From an uncultured Geobacteraceae bacterium (GTDB lineage Bacteria > Desulfobacterota > Desulfuromonadia > Desulfuromonadales > Geopsychrobacteraceae), in NCBI GenBank assembly GCA_964526315.1, contig CAZGKZ010000001.1, forward strand, positions 1-47,488: a DNA stretch of 47,488 nucleotides, read 5' to 3'. The notes beneath the pieces were generated by a model. The model was not told where the DNA came from and did no database searches. It saw only the letters and a program-made list of their open reading frames with translations. How positions within the stretch are numbered: the first letter of the stretch is position 1; every line of letters starts with the position of its first letter. Made by a program: the position numbers and the translations under genes. Of the stretch, positions 10,227 to 20,743 are shown piece by piece.

Positions 10227-10619
10227 TTAGAATTGTCGAAAATTGATCTCACCCCGCTGAATTTTGATATCCAGCCACTTTTTTAACCACCCTTTAATGA
10301 TTTTTCTGGTCATTGGAGTGAGAAGGACGAATCCGAATAGATCGGTACAGAATCCGGGAGTCAATAGCAAGAGTCCTCCGGCCAGTATTATTGCGCCATC
10401 CATCAATTCCTCCGCTGGAATCCGACCCTGATTCAGCTCTGTTTGAATTTTATTTATGAGATTAAATCCCTGAGTTCTGGCTAAATAGGCACCGGCTATC
10501 CCGGTCAAGATGATCATCCCTATGGTTGCACCGACACCAATCTGGTGACCTGCTTCAATTAGAACGTATAGCTCAATTATTGGTACAATTGTGAACACTA
10601 ACAGGAGCTTTATAAACAT
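10227..10619 (-). CDS. fxsA: FxsA family membrane protein
   Basis: VPIIELYVLI...GLLLLTPGFCTDLFG. Confidence 0.9.
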   Translation of the reverse strand: MFIKLLLVFTIVPIIELYVLIEAGHQIGVGATIGMIILTGIAGAYLARTQGFNLINKIQTELNQGRIPAEELMDGAIILAGGLLLLTPGFCTDLFGFVLLTPMTRKIIKGWLKKWLDIKIQRGEINFRQF

Positions 10620-10887
10620 CTGGACAACCTTTCATAAGAATGAGTCAATTATTCATAAGAGTTATATGGTATTTTGATTGAGATTTTATATTCCATTCTA
10701 ACTACTTGAAAATATTAGGTAAATAAACTGATTAAAAAATAGGCAAACTGCTAGCCGCACCCCTCTCTAGTGTGCCGTTGATATTTTTAACAGCTTTGTC
10801 AACAGGTTTTCAACTCTATTGGTTGACAGTTTGTAAAACTTATTATTTTTCACGAACTTCGCTATTTATAACCTGAAAAGAACTCTT

Positions 10888-11610
10888 TTATTGATCCATT
10901 TCTTGCATAACTTGGATGGTTTTTTGACGGAGTAAATCTTCAGCATCAATGTGCAGTGAATGAGAAAGTTGAACTGTATTGAACAGCAGGTCACCCAGTA
11001 TTATTTCAAAAAGTTTTCGGTCTACCGGAGGGCCCTCAATAAGGGTAGAAAGTTTAGAGGTATTTTTTTGTAGCCTTGAAATGAGTGTCGCATTGTTTTC
11101 TCTTTTTCGTCTTTTTACCACTTTCGTCGCTTTTTTCAAGGCTGGAAGATTAGCAGGGATACAATCTTTCAGTTTGTGACTTTTTCCATCTTTCAGCCGT
11201 TCCCGGTGTTTGGCCTCTTCCCAGAGTTGGGCATGACTGTCGGCACTTGCATCGGCAAAAACGTGCGGGTGCCTGCGTTGTAACTTTTCACTAATAGAGT
11301 GGGCTACCTCAGCCAGTCCAAATCTTTTCTGTTCACTAAAGATCTGTGCAAGGAAGACGACTTGAAATAATAAGTCGCCCAATTCATCACAAATTTCATC
11401 GCTGTCATGATTATCAATGGCTTCAAGCAGTTCATAAGCTTCTTCCAGAATACAAGGTTTCAGGCTCTCAGGGGTCTGTCTCTTATCCCAGGGGCAGCCA
11501 GATGGTGACCGTAACTTTTCCATGATTTCAATTAGGTTTAATATCTCTGTCGCTACATTTATTTCTGCCAAGGTTGCCTCCTGAAACGATTTATTTGTGT
11601 TGTTTATCAC
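10888..11610 (-). CDS. mazG: MazG-family nucleoside triphosphate pyrophosphohydrolase
   Basis: LRSPSGCPWD, EEAYE, DELGDLLFQVVF and RRHPHVF motifs. The second domain is degenerate. Confidence 0.88.
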   Translation of the reverse strand: MINNTNKSFQEATLAEINVATEILNLIEIMEKLRSPSGCPWDKRQTPESLKPCILEEAYELLEAIDNHDSDEICDELGDLLFQVVFLAQIFSEQKRFGLAEVAHSISEKLQRRHPHVFADASADSHAQLWEEAKHRERLKDGKSHKLKDCIPANLPALKKATKVVKRRKRENNATLISRLQKNTSKLSTLIEGPPVDRKLFEIILGDLLFNTVQLSHSLHIDAEDLLRQKTIQVMQEMDQ

Positions 11611-11709
11611 TTAATCCCTCATCCTTACCTTTAAATAAAACTTGCAAAACACCGTTGAATAGGCTAGAAAGTGCGCCATCTTGAACTATTAGAAAGAGCC
11701 CCTTTTGAC

Positions 11710-11737
11710 TTGACATGACTTTGTCTCTCTCTATACT
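11710..11737 (+). promoter_or_regulatory. Sigma70-type promoter of the yceD-rpmF-plsX-fab operon
   Basis: TTGACA-N16-TATACT. Confidence 0.6.
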
Positions 11738-11752
11738 GTATCTTTTGCCTAG

Positions 11753-12304
11753 GTGGTGATTGTGCAGCTTGAGTTAAAAGATATCAAAGGGGGTACGTTG
11801 GAGCAAGGATACTCTTGTTCTTTGAGCGAATTTCCTGAACTCGGTGTTATTGCTGAGGATGGTGGACCAAAATTCAGCGAACCATTGGTATTTAAGATAC
11901 GTTTTCAGAGGTTGGGTCAACTTGTTGCGGTTGATGGAAACCTTGACGCTGTGGTTACGTTAAAATGTGGACGTTGTCTGGGGACTTTTAAACGCTCCCT
12001 GACTGAGTCGTTTGCTTTTACATTTGCTCCTCAGCCTGAGAGTAATGAGGATCAAGAGGACCTTGAGTTAGAAGTTGATGACCTTAATCTGATCAGCTAT
12101 AAAGATGATGTTCTGCAATTGCAGAATCCGTTGCAGGAACAGCTTCTTATGGCGGTTCCGATAAGCTTGGTTTGCGAAGCTTCCTGCCGTGGCCTCTGCC
12201 CTTCATGTGGAATCAATTTAAATAGAGACACCTGTAACTGTGTTAGGAAACCTTTTAATAATAAGTTTAATGTTTTGGCCAGTGTTGATTTTAAAAAATC
12301 CTGA
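11753..12304 (+). CDS. yceD: DUF177/YceD family protein
   Basis: CGRCL, CEASCRGLCPSCGINLN..CNC cysteine pattern; immediately upstream of rpmF. Confidence 0.88.
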   Translation: MVIVQLELKDIKGGTLEQGYSCSLSEFPELGVIAEDGGPKFSEPLVFKIRFQRLGQLVAVDGNLDAVVTLKCGRCLGTFKRSLTESFAFTFAPQPESNEDQEDLELEVDDLNLISYKDDVLQLQNPLQEQLLMAVPISLVCEASCRGLCPSCGINLNRDTCNCVRKPFNNKFNVLASVDFKKS

Positions 12305-12377
12305 TATGGGATATTCATTGAATCAATATATAATATAGTAAACAAAATCATTTGTTTGATAGTAAGGAGAAAGTAAA

Positions 12378-12560
12378 ATGGCGGTACCAAAGAAAAAAAC
12401 CTCTAAATCTAAAAAGAATATGCGTCGTTCCCATGCAGCGATTACTGCACCTAGCATCTCAGTATGCCCACAATGTCAAGAGCCTAAATTGCCACATCGT
12501 GTCTGTCCACACTGTGGAACTTATAAAGGCAAAGAAATCATTGCCAGCAACGAAGTCTGA
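12378..12560 (+). CDS. rpmF: 50S ribosomal protein L32 (Zn-ribbon form)
   Basis: [12 protein letters not shown]...CPQC...[12 protein letters not shown]. Confidence 0.97.
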   Translation: MAVPKKKTSKSKKNMRRSHAAITAPSISVCPQCQEPKLPHRVCPHCGTYKGKEIIASNEV

Positions 12561-12578
12561 GTTAGTTGAATACTGACT

Positions 12579-13568
12579 ATGACAATTAAGATTGCCGTTG
12601 ATGCTATGGGTGGAGATAACTCACCCGCTGTTGAGGTTGCTGGTGCGGTTTCTGCCTGTCGGAAGTGGGGAAATCAAGTCGTTCTTGTCGGCGATAAAGA
12701 CCGTATTCAGGCTGAGCTTAATACCCATCAAACGGGTGGTTTGAACCTTGAAATCCATCATGCCAGTGAAATTGTTGGTATGCATGATTCCCCTTCGGAT
12801 GTGCTACGCAAGAAGAAAGATTCATCGCTGCGGGTAGCATTTGATCTGGTTCAGCAGGGAGAGGCATCAGCTGTTGTCAGTGCTGGAAATTCCGGAGCTG
12901 TTATGGCGTGTGGAATGATGGTTCTGGGACGAATCAGAGGGATAGATCGTCCGGCAATTGGTACTTTTTTACCCAACCTCAATGATAAGACATTGGTTCT
13001 TGACATGGGTGCAAATGTTGATTGTAAGCCCCTGCATCTCTGTCAGTTTGCTATCATGGGTAGTCTTTATGTTGAACACACTCTCGGGAAAAACCGTCCT
13101 CGGGTTGGTTTGCTCTCTAACGGGGAGGAAGAGAGTAAGGGGAATGACCTTACCCGGAAAACTCACCAAAAATTACTAAAAGACCCATCCCTGAACTACC
13201 TCGGGTACGTTGAGGGTGGTGATATATATAATGGCTCAGTTGACGTTGTTATCTGTGATGGTTTTGTTGGAAACGTCCTGCTGAAAGTATCAGAAGGGCT
13301 GGCGGTTTCTATCGGTACAATGCTAAAACAGGAAATTAAACGGAACTACTGGGCTAAGCTTGGCTATTTGTTCAGTCGACCAGCATTTGCCGCATTCAAA
13401 AAGAGAATCGATCCCACGGAATATGGCGGTGCTCCACTGCTTGGCATTTCAGGTGTCGGGATTATTTGTCATGGAAGCTCTGATCCCAAGGCGATTAGTA
13501 TTGCAATTCGCCAGGCGGGTGACTATGTCAAGATTCGCTTTGATGAAAAACTGGCCAACTTACTCTAA
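12579..13568 (+). CDS. plsX: Phosphate acyltransferase PlsX
   Basis: [30 protein letters not shown] and GGAPLLG motifs. Confidence 0.97.
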   Translation: MTIKIAVDAMGGDNSPAVEVAGAVSACRKWGNQVVLVGDKDRIQAELNTHQTGGLNLEIHHASEIVGMHDSPSDVLRKKKDSSLRVAFDLVQQGEASAVVSAGNSGAVMACGMMVLGRIRGIDRPAIGTFLPNLNDKTLVLDMGANVDCKPLHLCQFAIMGSLYVEHTLGKNRPRVGLLSNGEEESKGNDLTRKTHQKLLKDPSLNYLGYVEGGDIYNGSVDVVICDGFVGNVLLKVSEGLAVSIGTMLKQEIKRNYWAKLGYLFSRPAFAAFKKRIDPTEYGGAPLLGISGVGIICHGSSDPKAISIAIRQAGDYVKIRFDEKLANLL

Positions 13569-13614
13569 TATTTATGTGGGTTGGTTTGATTTTTGATAAA
13601 GGAGTTACCGGAAG

Positions 13615-14592
13615 ATGAAGTCACGTATTATTGGTACAGGATCTTATCTGCCTGAAAATATCAGGACTAATTACGATCTGGAAAAAATGGTTGATACCAG
13701 CCATGACTGGATCGTTGCCAGAACCGGAATTGAAGAGCGACGGATTGCTGCTGATGATCAATGTACCTCTGATATGGGGACGATTGCTGCTCAACGGGCT
13801 CTGGATATGGCAGGGGTTACGGCAGATGATGTCGACTTAATTGTCATGGGAACCATTACCGGTGATTATCCCTGGCCAGCAACTGCATGTATCGTTCAGG
13901 ATAATCTTGGTGCGAAAAAGGCTTTTGCTTACGATGTTTCAGCTGCCTGCAGTGGTTTTCTCTATGCTTTATCTTGTGCAGATGATTATCTTATGTCGGG
14001 TCGTGGTAAGAGAGCCCTCGTCATAGGTGCTGAGACTTTTAGCCGGATTGTCGATTGGACCGATCGTAATACCTGTGTTCTTTTTGGTGACGGTGCCGGT
14101 GCTGTTCTGTTGGAAGCGCAAGAGGGTGACGCTGGGATATTGTCCTGCCATTTACATTCAGACGGGAAATATTTTGAGCTCCTCTGCCAAAAGGGTTTTG
14201 GGACTAAATATCCCCCTTCTGTTGAAGGGATTGAGGCCAAGCTCCCCTTTATCAGTATGCAGGGAAATGAAGTCTTTAAAGTTGCGGTCCGTTCACTCAC
14301 CGAAGTTTCAAAAGAAGCATTGACTACAAATGGTTTTACCAGTGCTGATGTTGCACAATTTATCCCCCATCAGGCTAATCGCCGTATTCTTGAGGCGACG
14401 ACGAAGCGTCTCGGTTTGACTAAAGAGCAGAGTTTTATTAATGTTCACAAGTATGGTAATACTTCAGGGGCGACCATCCCGATAGCTATTGATGAAGCAA
14501 ATCACCAGGGGTTATTAAAAGAAGGCGATCTTCTCCTGTCTGCGGCATTTGGTGGTGGTTTTACTTGGGCTTCAACGTTGATCCGCTGGTAG
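13615..14592 (+). CDS. fabH: Beta-ketoacyl-ACP synthase III
   Basis: AACSGF (Cys), PHQANRRI (His) and GNTSGA (Asn) triad; FGDGAGA. Confidence 0.97.
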   Translation: MKSRIIGTGSYLPENIRTNYDLEKMVDTSHDWIVARTGIEERRIAADDQCTSDMGTIAAQRALDMAGVTADDVDLIVMGTITGDYPWPATACIVQDNLGAKKAFAYDVSAACSGFLYALSCADDYLMSGRGKRALVIGAETFSRIVDWTDRNTCVLFGDGAGAVLLEAQEGDAGILSCHLHSDGKYFELLCQKGFGTKYPPSVEGIEAKLPFISMQGNEVFKVAVRSLTEVSKEALTTNGFTSADVAQFIPHQANRRILEATTKRLGLTKEQSFINVHKYGNTSGATIPIAIDEANHQGLLKEGDLLLSAAFGGGFTWASTLIRW

Positions 14593-14640
14593 CTTTAAGC
14601 CATATAAATCTAGTGAACACGATCAAGGAACTTGTGATTG

Positions 14641-15561
14641 ATGGATGCATTTGTTTTCCCCGGACAGGGGTCACAGTATGTGGGGATGGGAAAAGACCTC
14701 GCAGAAAACTTTAATAGCGCCAAACTGATTTTTGAAGAAGCCAATGACGCTCTTGGTTTTGACGTTAAATCACTCTGTTTCTCCGGATCTGAAAGCGACC
14801 TCAGACTTACCGCAAATACTCAGCCGGCAATTCTGACAACCAGTATTGCAGCGTTGCGGGTCCTGCAGGATGAGACAGATTTCTCTCCCTCTTTTGTTGC
14901 CGGTCATTCTCTCGGTGAATATTCAGCTTTGGTTTGTTGTGGAGCACTCTCTTTTGCCGATGCCGTTCGAACGGTTCGTCAACGAGGGACCTTCATGCAG
15001 GAGGCTGTCCCGGTTGGGGTTGGTGCAATGGCGGCCGTTATGGGAATCGATGTAGAGGATCTATTAACTCTCTGTCAAGAAGCCGCTCAGGGGGAAATTG
15101 TTGTTCCGGCTAATTTTAACAGCCCTGCACAGATCGTCATCGCCGGCCATAAAACTGCAGTTGAACGTGCCATTGTCCTCGCTAAGGATCGAGGTGCGAA
15201 GCGGGCTCTGTTGTTGCCAGTCAGCGCTCCATTCCATTCACCCTTGATGGCTCCCGCAGCACAGCGACTAAAGGGAGAACTGGAATCAGTCACTCTTTCC
15301 TCTCTTGCCTGCCCCCTTGTCAGTAATGTTGAGGCGGTTCCCTATCAAGATGAATCCCGTGTAAAAGATCTTTTGGTGGAGCAGGTTTGTGCCCCGGTTC
15401 GTTGGTCTGAATCTATTCAGAGTATGAAGGATTCAGGTGTCACCAGGTATGTGGAAATTGGTCCGGGACGGGTTCTTTCGGGGCTGAATAAGCGACTTGA
15501 TCGTGCTGCTGTTCATAAAAATATCGGTGATATGGATAGTTTAAAAAAACTTCAAGAGTAA
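14641..15561 (+). CDS. fabD: Malonyl-CoA:ACP transacylase
   Basis: FPGQGSQ, GHSLGEY and SAPFHS motifs. Confidence 0.97.
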   Translation: MDAFVFPGQGSQYVGMGKDLAENFNSAKLIFEEANDALGFDVKSLCFSGSESDLRLTANTQPAILTTSIAALRVLQDETDFSPSFVAGHSLGEYSALVCCGALSFADAVRTVRQRGTFMQEAVPVGVGAMAAVMGIDVEDLLTLCQEAAQGEIVVPANFNSPAQIVIAGHKTAVERAIVLAKDRGAKRALLLPVSAPFHSPLMAPAAQRLKGELESVTLSSLACPLVSNVEAVPYQDESRVKDLLVEQVCAPVRWSESIQSMKDSGVTRYVEIGPGRVLSGLNKRLDRAAVHKNIGDMDSLKKLQE

Positions 15562-15602
15562 TGTGATATATTAATCTAGGTTTAAAGCTGAAGGAGAAAT
15601 TT

Positions 15603-16340
15603 ATGGTTCAGGATAAAGTGGCATTAGTGACAGGAGCTTCGCGTGGCATTGGTCGCAGTATCTCATTGGCACTGGCAGCTCAAGGCGCTAAAATTGTTGC
15701 GGTTGATGTTGATCTGCAGGCAACCGAAGAGTTTGTTGCCGAACTTAAAGCGGCAGGAACAGAAGCGGTTGCGGTTCAGGGGAATGTTACTGTTGCTGCT
15801 GATGTAGATCAGATGGTCAAAATTGCCAAAGAAACCTTTGATCGAATTGATATTCTGGTTAATAATGCCGGGATCACTCGGGATGCTTTGCTACTCAGGA
15901 TGAAAGATGCCGATTGGGATGCCGTCCTGGACGTAAACCTTAAAGGGGCCTTTTTGTGTACCCGTGCGGTAGCCAAGTTGATGACCAAGCAACGTTATGG
16001 TCGCATTATCAATATTGCTTCGGTTGTTGGCCAGATGGGGAATGCAGGACAGGCGAATTATTGTGCCAGTAAAGCCGGCTTGATGGGTTTGACCCGTTCC
16101 AATGCGCGTGAACTGGCAAAACGGAATATTACAGTGAATGCGGTTGCTCCGGGGTTTATCTCTACCGCAATGACCGATGCACTTCCCGAAGAAAAACGCC
16201 AGGAACTAGCTGCACAGATCCCGTTGGCAAGGCTCGGTTCCGCCGAGGATATTGCGAATGCAGTTCTTTTTCTGGCCGCTGAAAAAACAGGTTATATTAC
16301 CGGACAGGTGATTGGTGTTAATGGTGGTATGTACATGTAG
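15603..16340 (+). CDS. fabG: 3-oxoacyl-ACP reductase
   Basis: TGASRGIG, NNAGITRD and YCASK motifs. Confidence 0.97.
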   Translation: MVQDKVALVTGASRGIGRSISLALAAQGAKIVAVDVDLQATEEFVAELKAAGTEAVAVQGNVTVAADVDQMVKIAKETFDRIDILVNNAGITRDALLLRMKDADWDAVLDVNLKGAFLCTRAVAKLMTKQRYGRIINIASVVGQMGNAGQANYCASKAGLMGLTRSNARELAKRNITVNAVAPGFISTAMTDALPEEKRQELAAQIPLARLGSAEDIANAVLFLAAEKTGYITGQVIGVNGGMYM

Positions 16341-16390
16341 ATAACGGGCTGATTTTGATAGCCTACATAACTTGAAAAGGAGAAAAGTGA

Positions 16391-16624
16391 ATGGCTTCTA
16401 TTGAGGAAAGAGTAAAACAAATTATTGCAGAACAACTGGGTGTTGACGAAGAACAAGTCACAGAAAATGCTGCTTTTATGGATGATTTAGGTGCAGATTC
16501 TCTGGATACTGTTGAGTTGGTCATGGCTCTGGAAGAAGAGTTCGACGTAGAAATCTCTGATGAAGATGCAGAGAAAATTCAGAACGTTAAGAACGCTATT
16601 GATTATATCAATAAAGCTTCCTGA
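16391..16624 (+). CDS. acpP: Acyl carrier protein
   Basis: [20 protein letters not shown]. Confidence 0.98.
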   Translation: MASIEERVKQIIAEQLGVDEEQVTENAAFMDDLGADSLDTVELVMALEEEFDVEISDEDAEKIQNVKNAIDYINKAS

Positions 16625-16632
16625 TAAAGTAC

Positions 16633-16665
16633 TGGTGGTGTCGGATCAATGATCTGACACCGCCA
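16633..16665 (+). terminator. Strong hairpin after acpP (stabiliser or partial terminator)
   Basis: TGGTGGTGTCGGATC-aat-GATCTGACACCGCCA, a 15-bp stem with G-U pairs and no clear U-tract. Confidence 0.5.
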
Positions 16666-16729
16666 ATCATTCTACTACCGTACAATTGCAGATACCCGTT
16701 ATATACTCAAATATAAAGAGAGATTTTTT

Positions 16730-17962
16730 ATGCGTAGAGTCGTGGTCACCGGTCTTGGTGTCGTATCTCCCTTAGGAACTGGAACAGAAAAGAACTGGGC
16801 AGCAATTACCAGTGGTCAATCCGGCATAGGTAAAATTACCCGTTTTGATGCTTCTGATTTGCCGTCACAGATCGCCGGCGAAGTTAAAGATTTTGATGCG
16901 GAAAAGTTTATTGAAAAGAAAGAGATCAAAAAAATGGATCTCTTTATTCAATATGGCCTCGCTGCTGCAGATATAGCTTTGAAAGATTCGGGCCTTGAAA
17001 TTACCGATGCCAATGCTGAGCGTGTTGGCGTGTTGGTTGGGTCAGGTCTGGGTGGATTGCCGGCAATTGAAAAATATCACCAGGTGATGCTTGAGCGTGG
17101 ATATAAAAGGATCACACCTTTCTTTATCCCGATGTTGATTATCAATCTGGCTCCCGGTCATATCTCAATAAAATTCGGTGCAAAGGGACCAAATCTGTCG
17201 TCAGTATCTGCCTGTGCAACCGGAACTCATTCAATTGGTGATGCTTATCACATGATAGCTCGTGGTGATGCTGATGCAATGTTTGCCGGTGGAACTGAAT
17301 CAACAATCACCAAACTTGCGATTGGTGGCTTTAATGTTATGAAAGCCCTTTCAACTCGCAATGATGATCCTGCAACGGCCAGTCGACCTTTTGAAAAAAA
17401 TCGTGATGGTTTTGTCATGGCCGAGGGTGCCGGAATCCTGATTTTGGAAGAGTATGAAAGTGCTAAAGAACGGGGTGCGGACATCTATTGTGAAGTTATC
17501 GGTTATGGTCTGAGTAGTGATGCTTACCATTTGACCCAACCTGCCGCTGGTGGAGAGGGTGCAGCACGCTGTATCAAAATGGCGCTGGATAATGCCGGTT
17601 TAAACCCGGAGCAGGTTGATTATATCAACGCTCATGGTACTTCAACTCATTTCAATGACCTTTACGAGACGATGGCGATCAAGAAGGTTTTTGGTGATCA
17701 TGCGCAGAAACTGATGGTCAGTTCGACAAAAAGTATGACCGGTCACGGTCTGGGAGCTGCTGGGGGGATGGAAGCGGCTTTTTCCGCTCTGGTCTTGAAG
17801 CATGGAGTTGTCCCGCCAACAATCAATCTTATTGAGCCTGATCCCGAGTGTGATCTTGACTATGTTCCACATCAAGCTCGTCAGGCGGAGTGTCAGGTTG
17901 CTCTATCAAATTCATTTGGTTTTGGCGGAACCAATGCTACTCTCGCTTTTCGTAAGATTTGA
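16730..17962 (+). CDS. fabF: Beta-ketoacyl-ACP synthase II
   Basis: [20 protein letters not shown] and NSFGFGG motifs. Confidence 0.97.
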   Translation: MRRVVVTGLGVVSPLGTGTEKNWAAITSGQSGIGKITRFDASDLPSQIAGEVKDFDAEKFIEKKEIKKMDLFIQYGLAAADIALKDSGLEITDANAERVGVLVGSGLGGLPAIEKYHQVMLERGYKRITPFFIPMLIINLAPGHISIKFGAKGPNLSSVSACATGTHSIGDAYHMIARGDADAMFAGGTESTITKLAIGGFNVMKALSTRNDDPATASRPFEKNRDGFVMAEGAGILILEEYESAKERGADIYCEVIGYGLSSDAYHLTQPAAGGEGAARCIKMALDNAGLNPEQVDYINAHGTSTHFNDLYETMAIKKVFGDHAQKLMVSSTKSMTGHGLGAAGGMEAAFSALVLKHGVVPPTINLIEPDPECDLDYVPHQARQAECQVALSNSFGFGGTNATLAFRKI

Positions 17963-17970
17963 GGTTCAGA

Positions 17971-18420
17971 ATGTTGGTCGTTGGAAGTGATCACGGTGGT
18001 TATGAGTTGAAAACAGCGATTCTGGAACTGTTGCAGACAAAATCGGTAGACTATACTGATCTAGGTACTAACAGTTCTGCTTCCGTCGATTATCCTGATT
18101 TTGCGGCAAAGGTGGCAGGTGCTGTTTCCTCAGGTGAGGCTCAATTGGGGATTCTGATCTGCGGGACCGGGATCGGAATGTCAATATCCGCCAACAAATT
18201 TCCCGGGGTACGAGCCGCTTTGGTCCACGATGAATTCACGGCACAAATGGCCCGTGAACACAATAATGCCAATATCCTGGTCATGGGGGGGAGGGTCTTA
18301 ACCCCTGAAAAAGGGAAAAAACTGGTTGAAATCTGGTTGGAAGCAGAATTTGAGGGTGGCCGACACCAGAATCGACTGGATAAAATTTCTGCTATTGAGC
18401 AAAAAGTTATTAAGCATTAA
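17971..18420 (+). CDS. rpiB: Ribose-5-phosphate isomerase B
   Basis: GSDHGG, DYPD, ICGTGIGM, HNNAN and FEGGRH motifs. Confidence 0.96.
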   Translation: MLVVGSDHGGYELKTAILELLQTKSVDYTDLGTNSSASVDYPDFAAKVAGAVSSGEAQLGILICGTGIGMSISANKFPGVRAALVHDEFTAQMAREHNNANILVMGGRVLTPEKGKKLVEIWLEAEFEGGRHQNRLDKISAIEQKVIKH

Positions 18421-18424
18421 ACTT

Positions 18425-18454
18425 AACGGGGCTGATTGAATAGCCCCGTTTTTT
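18425..18454 (+). terminator. Intrinsic terminator after rpiB
   Basis: AACGGGGCT...AGCCCCGTT followed by a T-run. Confidence 0.7.
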
Positions 18455-18478
18455 ATTGATCAATTATGGAGGATAGCG

Positions 18479-19729
18479 ATGGTTGAGAATCTTAAAACAT
18501 TTGATCCTGAAATCTCTCAGATTATCACTCAGGAAACCGAGCGGCAGGAATATAACCTGGAATTTATAGCTTCAGAAAACTTTGTCAGTGAAGCCGTTCT
18601 GGAAGCTCAAGGTTCAGTTCTAACGAACAAATATGCCGAAGGGTATCCGGGGAAAAGATATTATGGTGGCTGTGAATTTGTCGATCTCGCCGAGCAGTTA
18701 GCGATTGATCGGGCGAAACAGATTTTTGGTGCAGAACATGCGAATGTTCAGCCCCATTCCGGTTCTCAGGCGAACATGGCGGTCTATATGGCGGTTTGTA
18801 AGCCGGGAGATACCGTTCTCGGGATGAATCTGGCTCATGGTGGACACCTGACTCATGGATCTCCAGTCAACTTCTCCGGTAAACTTTATAACATTATTCC
18901 GTATGGTCTTGACGCTGCAACCGGGACTATTGATTATGATGAAGTTGAGCGGCTGGCAAAGGAACATCAACCCAAATTGATTGTGGTTGGCGCCAGTGCT
19001 TATCCCCGGGAGATTGATTTCGTTGCATTCCGCAAAATTGCCGATGCCGTGGGAGCTGTTGTGATGGTTGATATGGCGCATATTGCCGGTTTGGTTGCGG
19101 CAGGTGTCCATTCCAACCCGGTTCCTTATGCAGAATTTGTAACGACAACAACGCATAAAACCTTGCGTGGGCCACGTGGTGGGATGATTCTTTGTACTGA
19201 AGAATGGGCGAAAAAACTCAACAGTAATATTTTTCCCGGTATTCAGGGCGGTCCACTGATGCACATCATCGCTGCTAAAGCTGTCGCTTTTAAAGAGGTT
19301 CTACAACCTGAATTTAAACTGTATGCACAACAGGTGGTTAAAAATGCTCAGGCCTTGGCTGGTGGGCTGGTGGAAAAAGGGTATAAACTGGTTTCTGGTG
19401 GAACCGATAACCATCTGATGCTGGTTGATTTTACTGGAACTGAAATTACTGGAAAAGTTGCAGAAAGAGCTCTGGAAGATGCCGGAATTACTGTGAATAA
19501 AAATGCTGTCCCCTTTGATACCCGATCACCGTTTGTTACAAGTGGTATCAGGATTGGAACTCCGGCAACGACAACCCGCGGTTTAAAAGAAGCAGAGATG
19601 TTACAGGTTGCGGAGTGGATAGATCGGGCATTGAAAAATATCGAAAACAGTGCAGAACTGGCAAAAATCAAGGCAGAAGTCAAAGTACTCTGTCAAAGAT
19701 TTCCCCTCTACGCACATCGATTGAAATAG
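18479..19729 (+). CDS. glyA: Serine hydroxymethyltransferase
   Basis: [17 protein letters not shown] and [14 protein letters not shown] (PLP lysine). Confidence 0.98.
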   Translation: MVENLKTFDPEISQIITQETERQEYNLEFIASENFVSEAVLEAQGSVLTNKYAEGYPGKRYYGGCEFVDLAEQLAIDRAKQIFGAEHANVQPHSGSQANMAVYMAVCKPGDTVLGMNLAHGGHLTHGSPVNFSGKLYNIIPYGLDAATGTIDYDEVERLAKEHQPKLIVVGASAYPREIDFVAFRKIADAVGAVVMVDMAHIAGLVAAGVHSNPVPYAEFVTTTTHKTLRGPRGGMILCTEEWAKKLNSNIFPGIQGGPLMHIIAAKAVAFKEVLQPEFKLYAQQVVKNAQALAGGLVEKGYKLVSGGTDNHLMLVDFTGTEITGKVAERALEDAGITVNKNAVPFDTRSPFVTSGIRIGTPATTTRGLKEAEMLQVAEWIDRALKNIENSAELAKIKAEVKVLCQRFPLYAHRLK

Positions 19730-19737
19730 GTGTCGTG

Positions 19738-20196
19738 ATGGAGAGACCCAGTTGGGATGAATACTTTATGCAGATTACCAAGTTGGTGGCGACCCGCTCA
19801 ACTTGTATGCGCCGCCAGGTGGGGGCTCTGCTGGTCAAAGACAAAAACATCATGGCTACCGGTTATAATGGTGTGCCGACCGGGATCACCCATTGTGATG
19901 TGACCGGCTGTCTGCGTGACCAGCTGAACGTCCCTTCTGGTGAGCGGCATGAACTGTGCCGTGGCCTGCATGCCGAGCAGAATGCAATTATTCAGGCGGC
20001 TCGTCATGGTGCTAATATTGCCGGTGCAACTCTCTATTGTACTGACTCTCCTTGTATCATTTGTAGCAAGATGCTGATTAATGCCGGGATTGTTGACATT
20101 ATTTTTTCACGGGGATACCCGGATAAGCTCTCTCTTGATATGTTAACCGAGGCAGGGATAAGTTATCGTCAGTATGAAGGAGATAATGCTAAATGA
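19738..20196 (+). CDS. dCMP deaminase family (ComEB-like) Zn deaminase
   Basis: [17 protein letters not shown] and SPCIIC motifs. Start reassigned to ATG 19738. Confidence 0.92.
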   Translation: MERPSWDEYFMQITKLVATRSTCMRRQVGALLVKDKNIMATGYNGVPTGITHCDVTGCLRDQLNVPSGERHELCRGLHAEQNAIIQAARHGANIAGATLYCTDSPCIICSKMLINAGIVDIIFSRGYPDKLSLDMLTEAGISYRQYEGDNAK

Positions 20197-20651
20197 ACTG
20201 CCCTTTTTGTCGGCATGCCGATACCAGAGTCGTTGATTCACGCCTGGGTAAAGAAGGAAACAACGTCCGTCGTCGCCGCGAATGTCCAGAGTGTGAACGG
20301 CGTTTTACCACCTATGAACGGGTCGAGGAGATACTTCCCTGGGTGATCAAAAAAGATGGTCGTCGGGAAGCTTTTGACCGGGCGAAAATTATTTCCGGGA
20401 TGCAGCGCGCTTGTGAGAAACGACCAGTTTCGGTGGAACAGATTGAAGTACTGGTTGATCAACTGGAACGTAAGTTTCAGGAGTGTGGTGATAAAGAGAT
20501 CTCTGCCAGTTTGATTGGTGAGGCGGTGATGGATATGCTGCATGAGGTTGACGAGGTCGCTTACGTCCGGTTTGCTTCGGTTTATCGACAGTTTAAGGAT
20601 ATTAACGAATTTATGTCTGAATTAAATGATCTATTGAAACATTCCCATTAA
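20193..20651 (+). CDS. nrdR: Transcriptional repressor NrdR
   Basis: CPFC...[16 protein letters not shown] Zn ribbon, ATP cone and [10 protein letters not shown]. Confidence 0.97.
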   Translation: MNCPFCRHADTRVVDSRLGKEGNNVRRRRECPECERRFTTYERVEEILPWVIKKDGRREAFDRAKIISGMQRACEKRPVSVEQIEVLVDQLERKFQECGDKEISASLIGEAVMDMLHEVDEVAYVRFASVYRQFKDINEFMSELNDLLKHSH

Positions 20652-20677
20652 CAGGTGTATTTTGGTGCTCAATAATT

Positions 20678-20720
20678 AACTGCCGGGGTATCTCAATGGG
20701 ATATTCCGGCAGTTGTTTTT
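20678..20720 (+). terminator. Terminator-like hairpin between nrdR and ribD
   Basis: AACTGCCGGGGTATCTC...GGGATATTCCGGCAGTT followed by GTTTTT. Confidence 0.55.
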
Positions 20721-20743
20721 CACCTATTCAGAAAGTCGCATGG

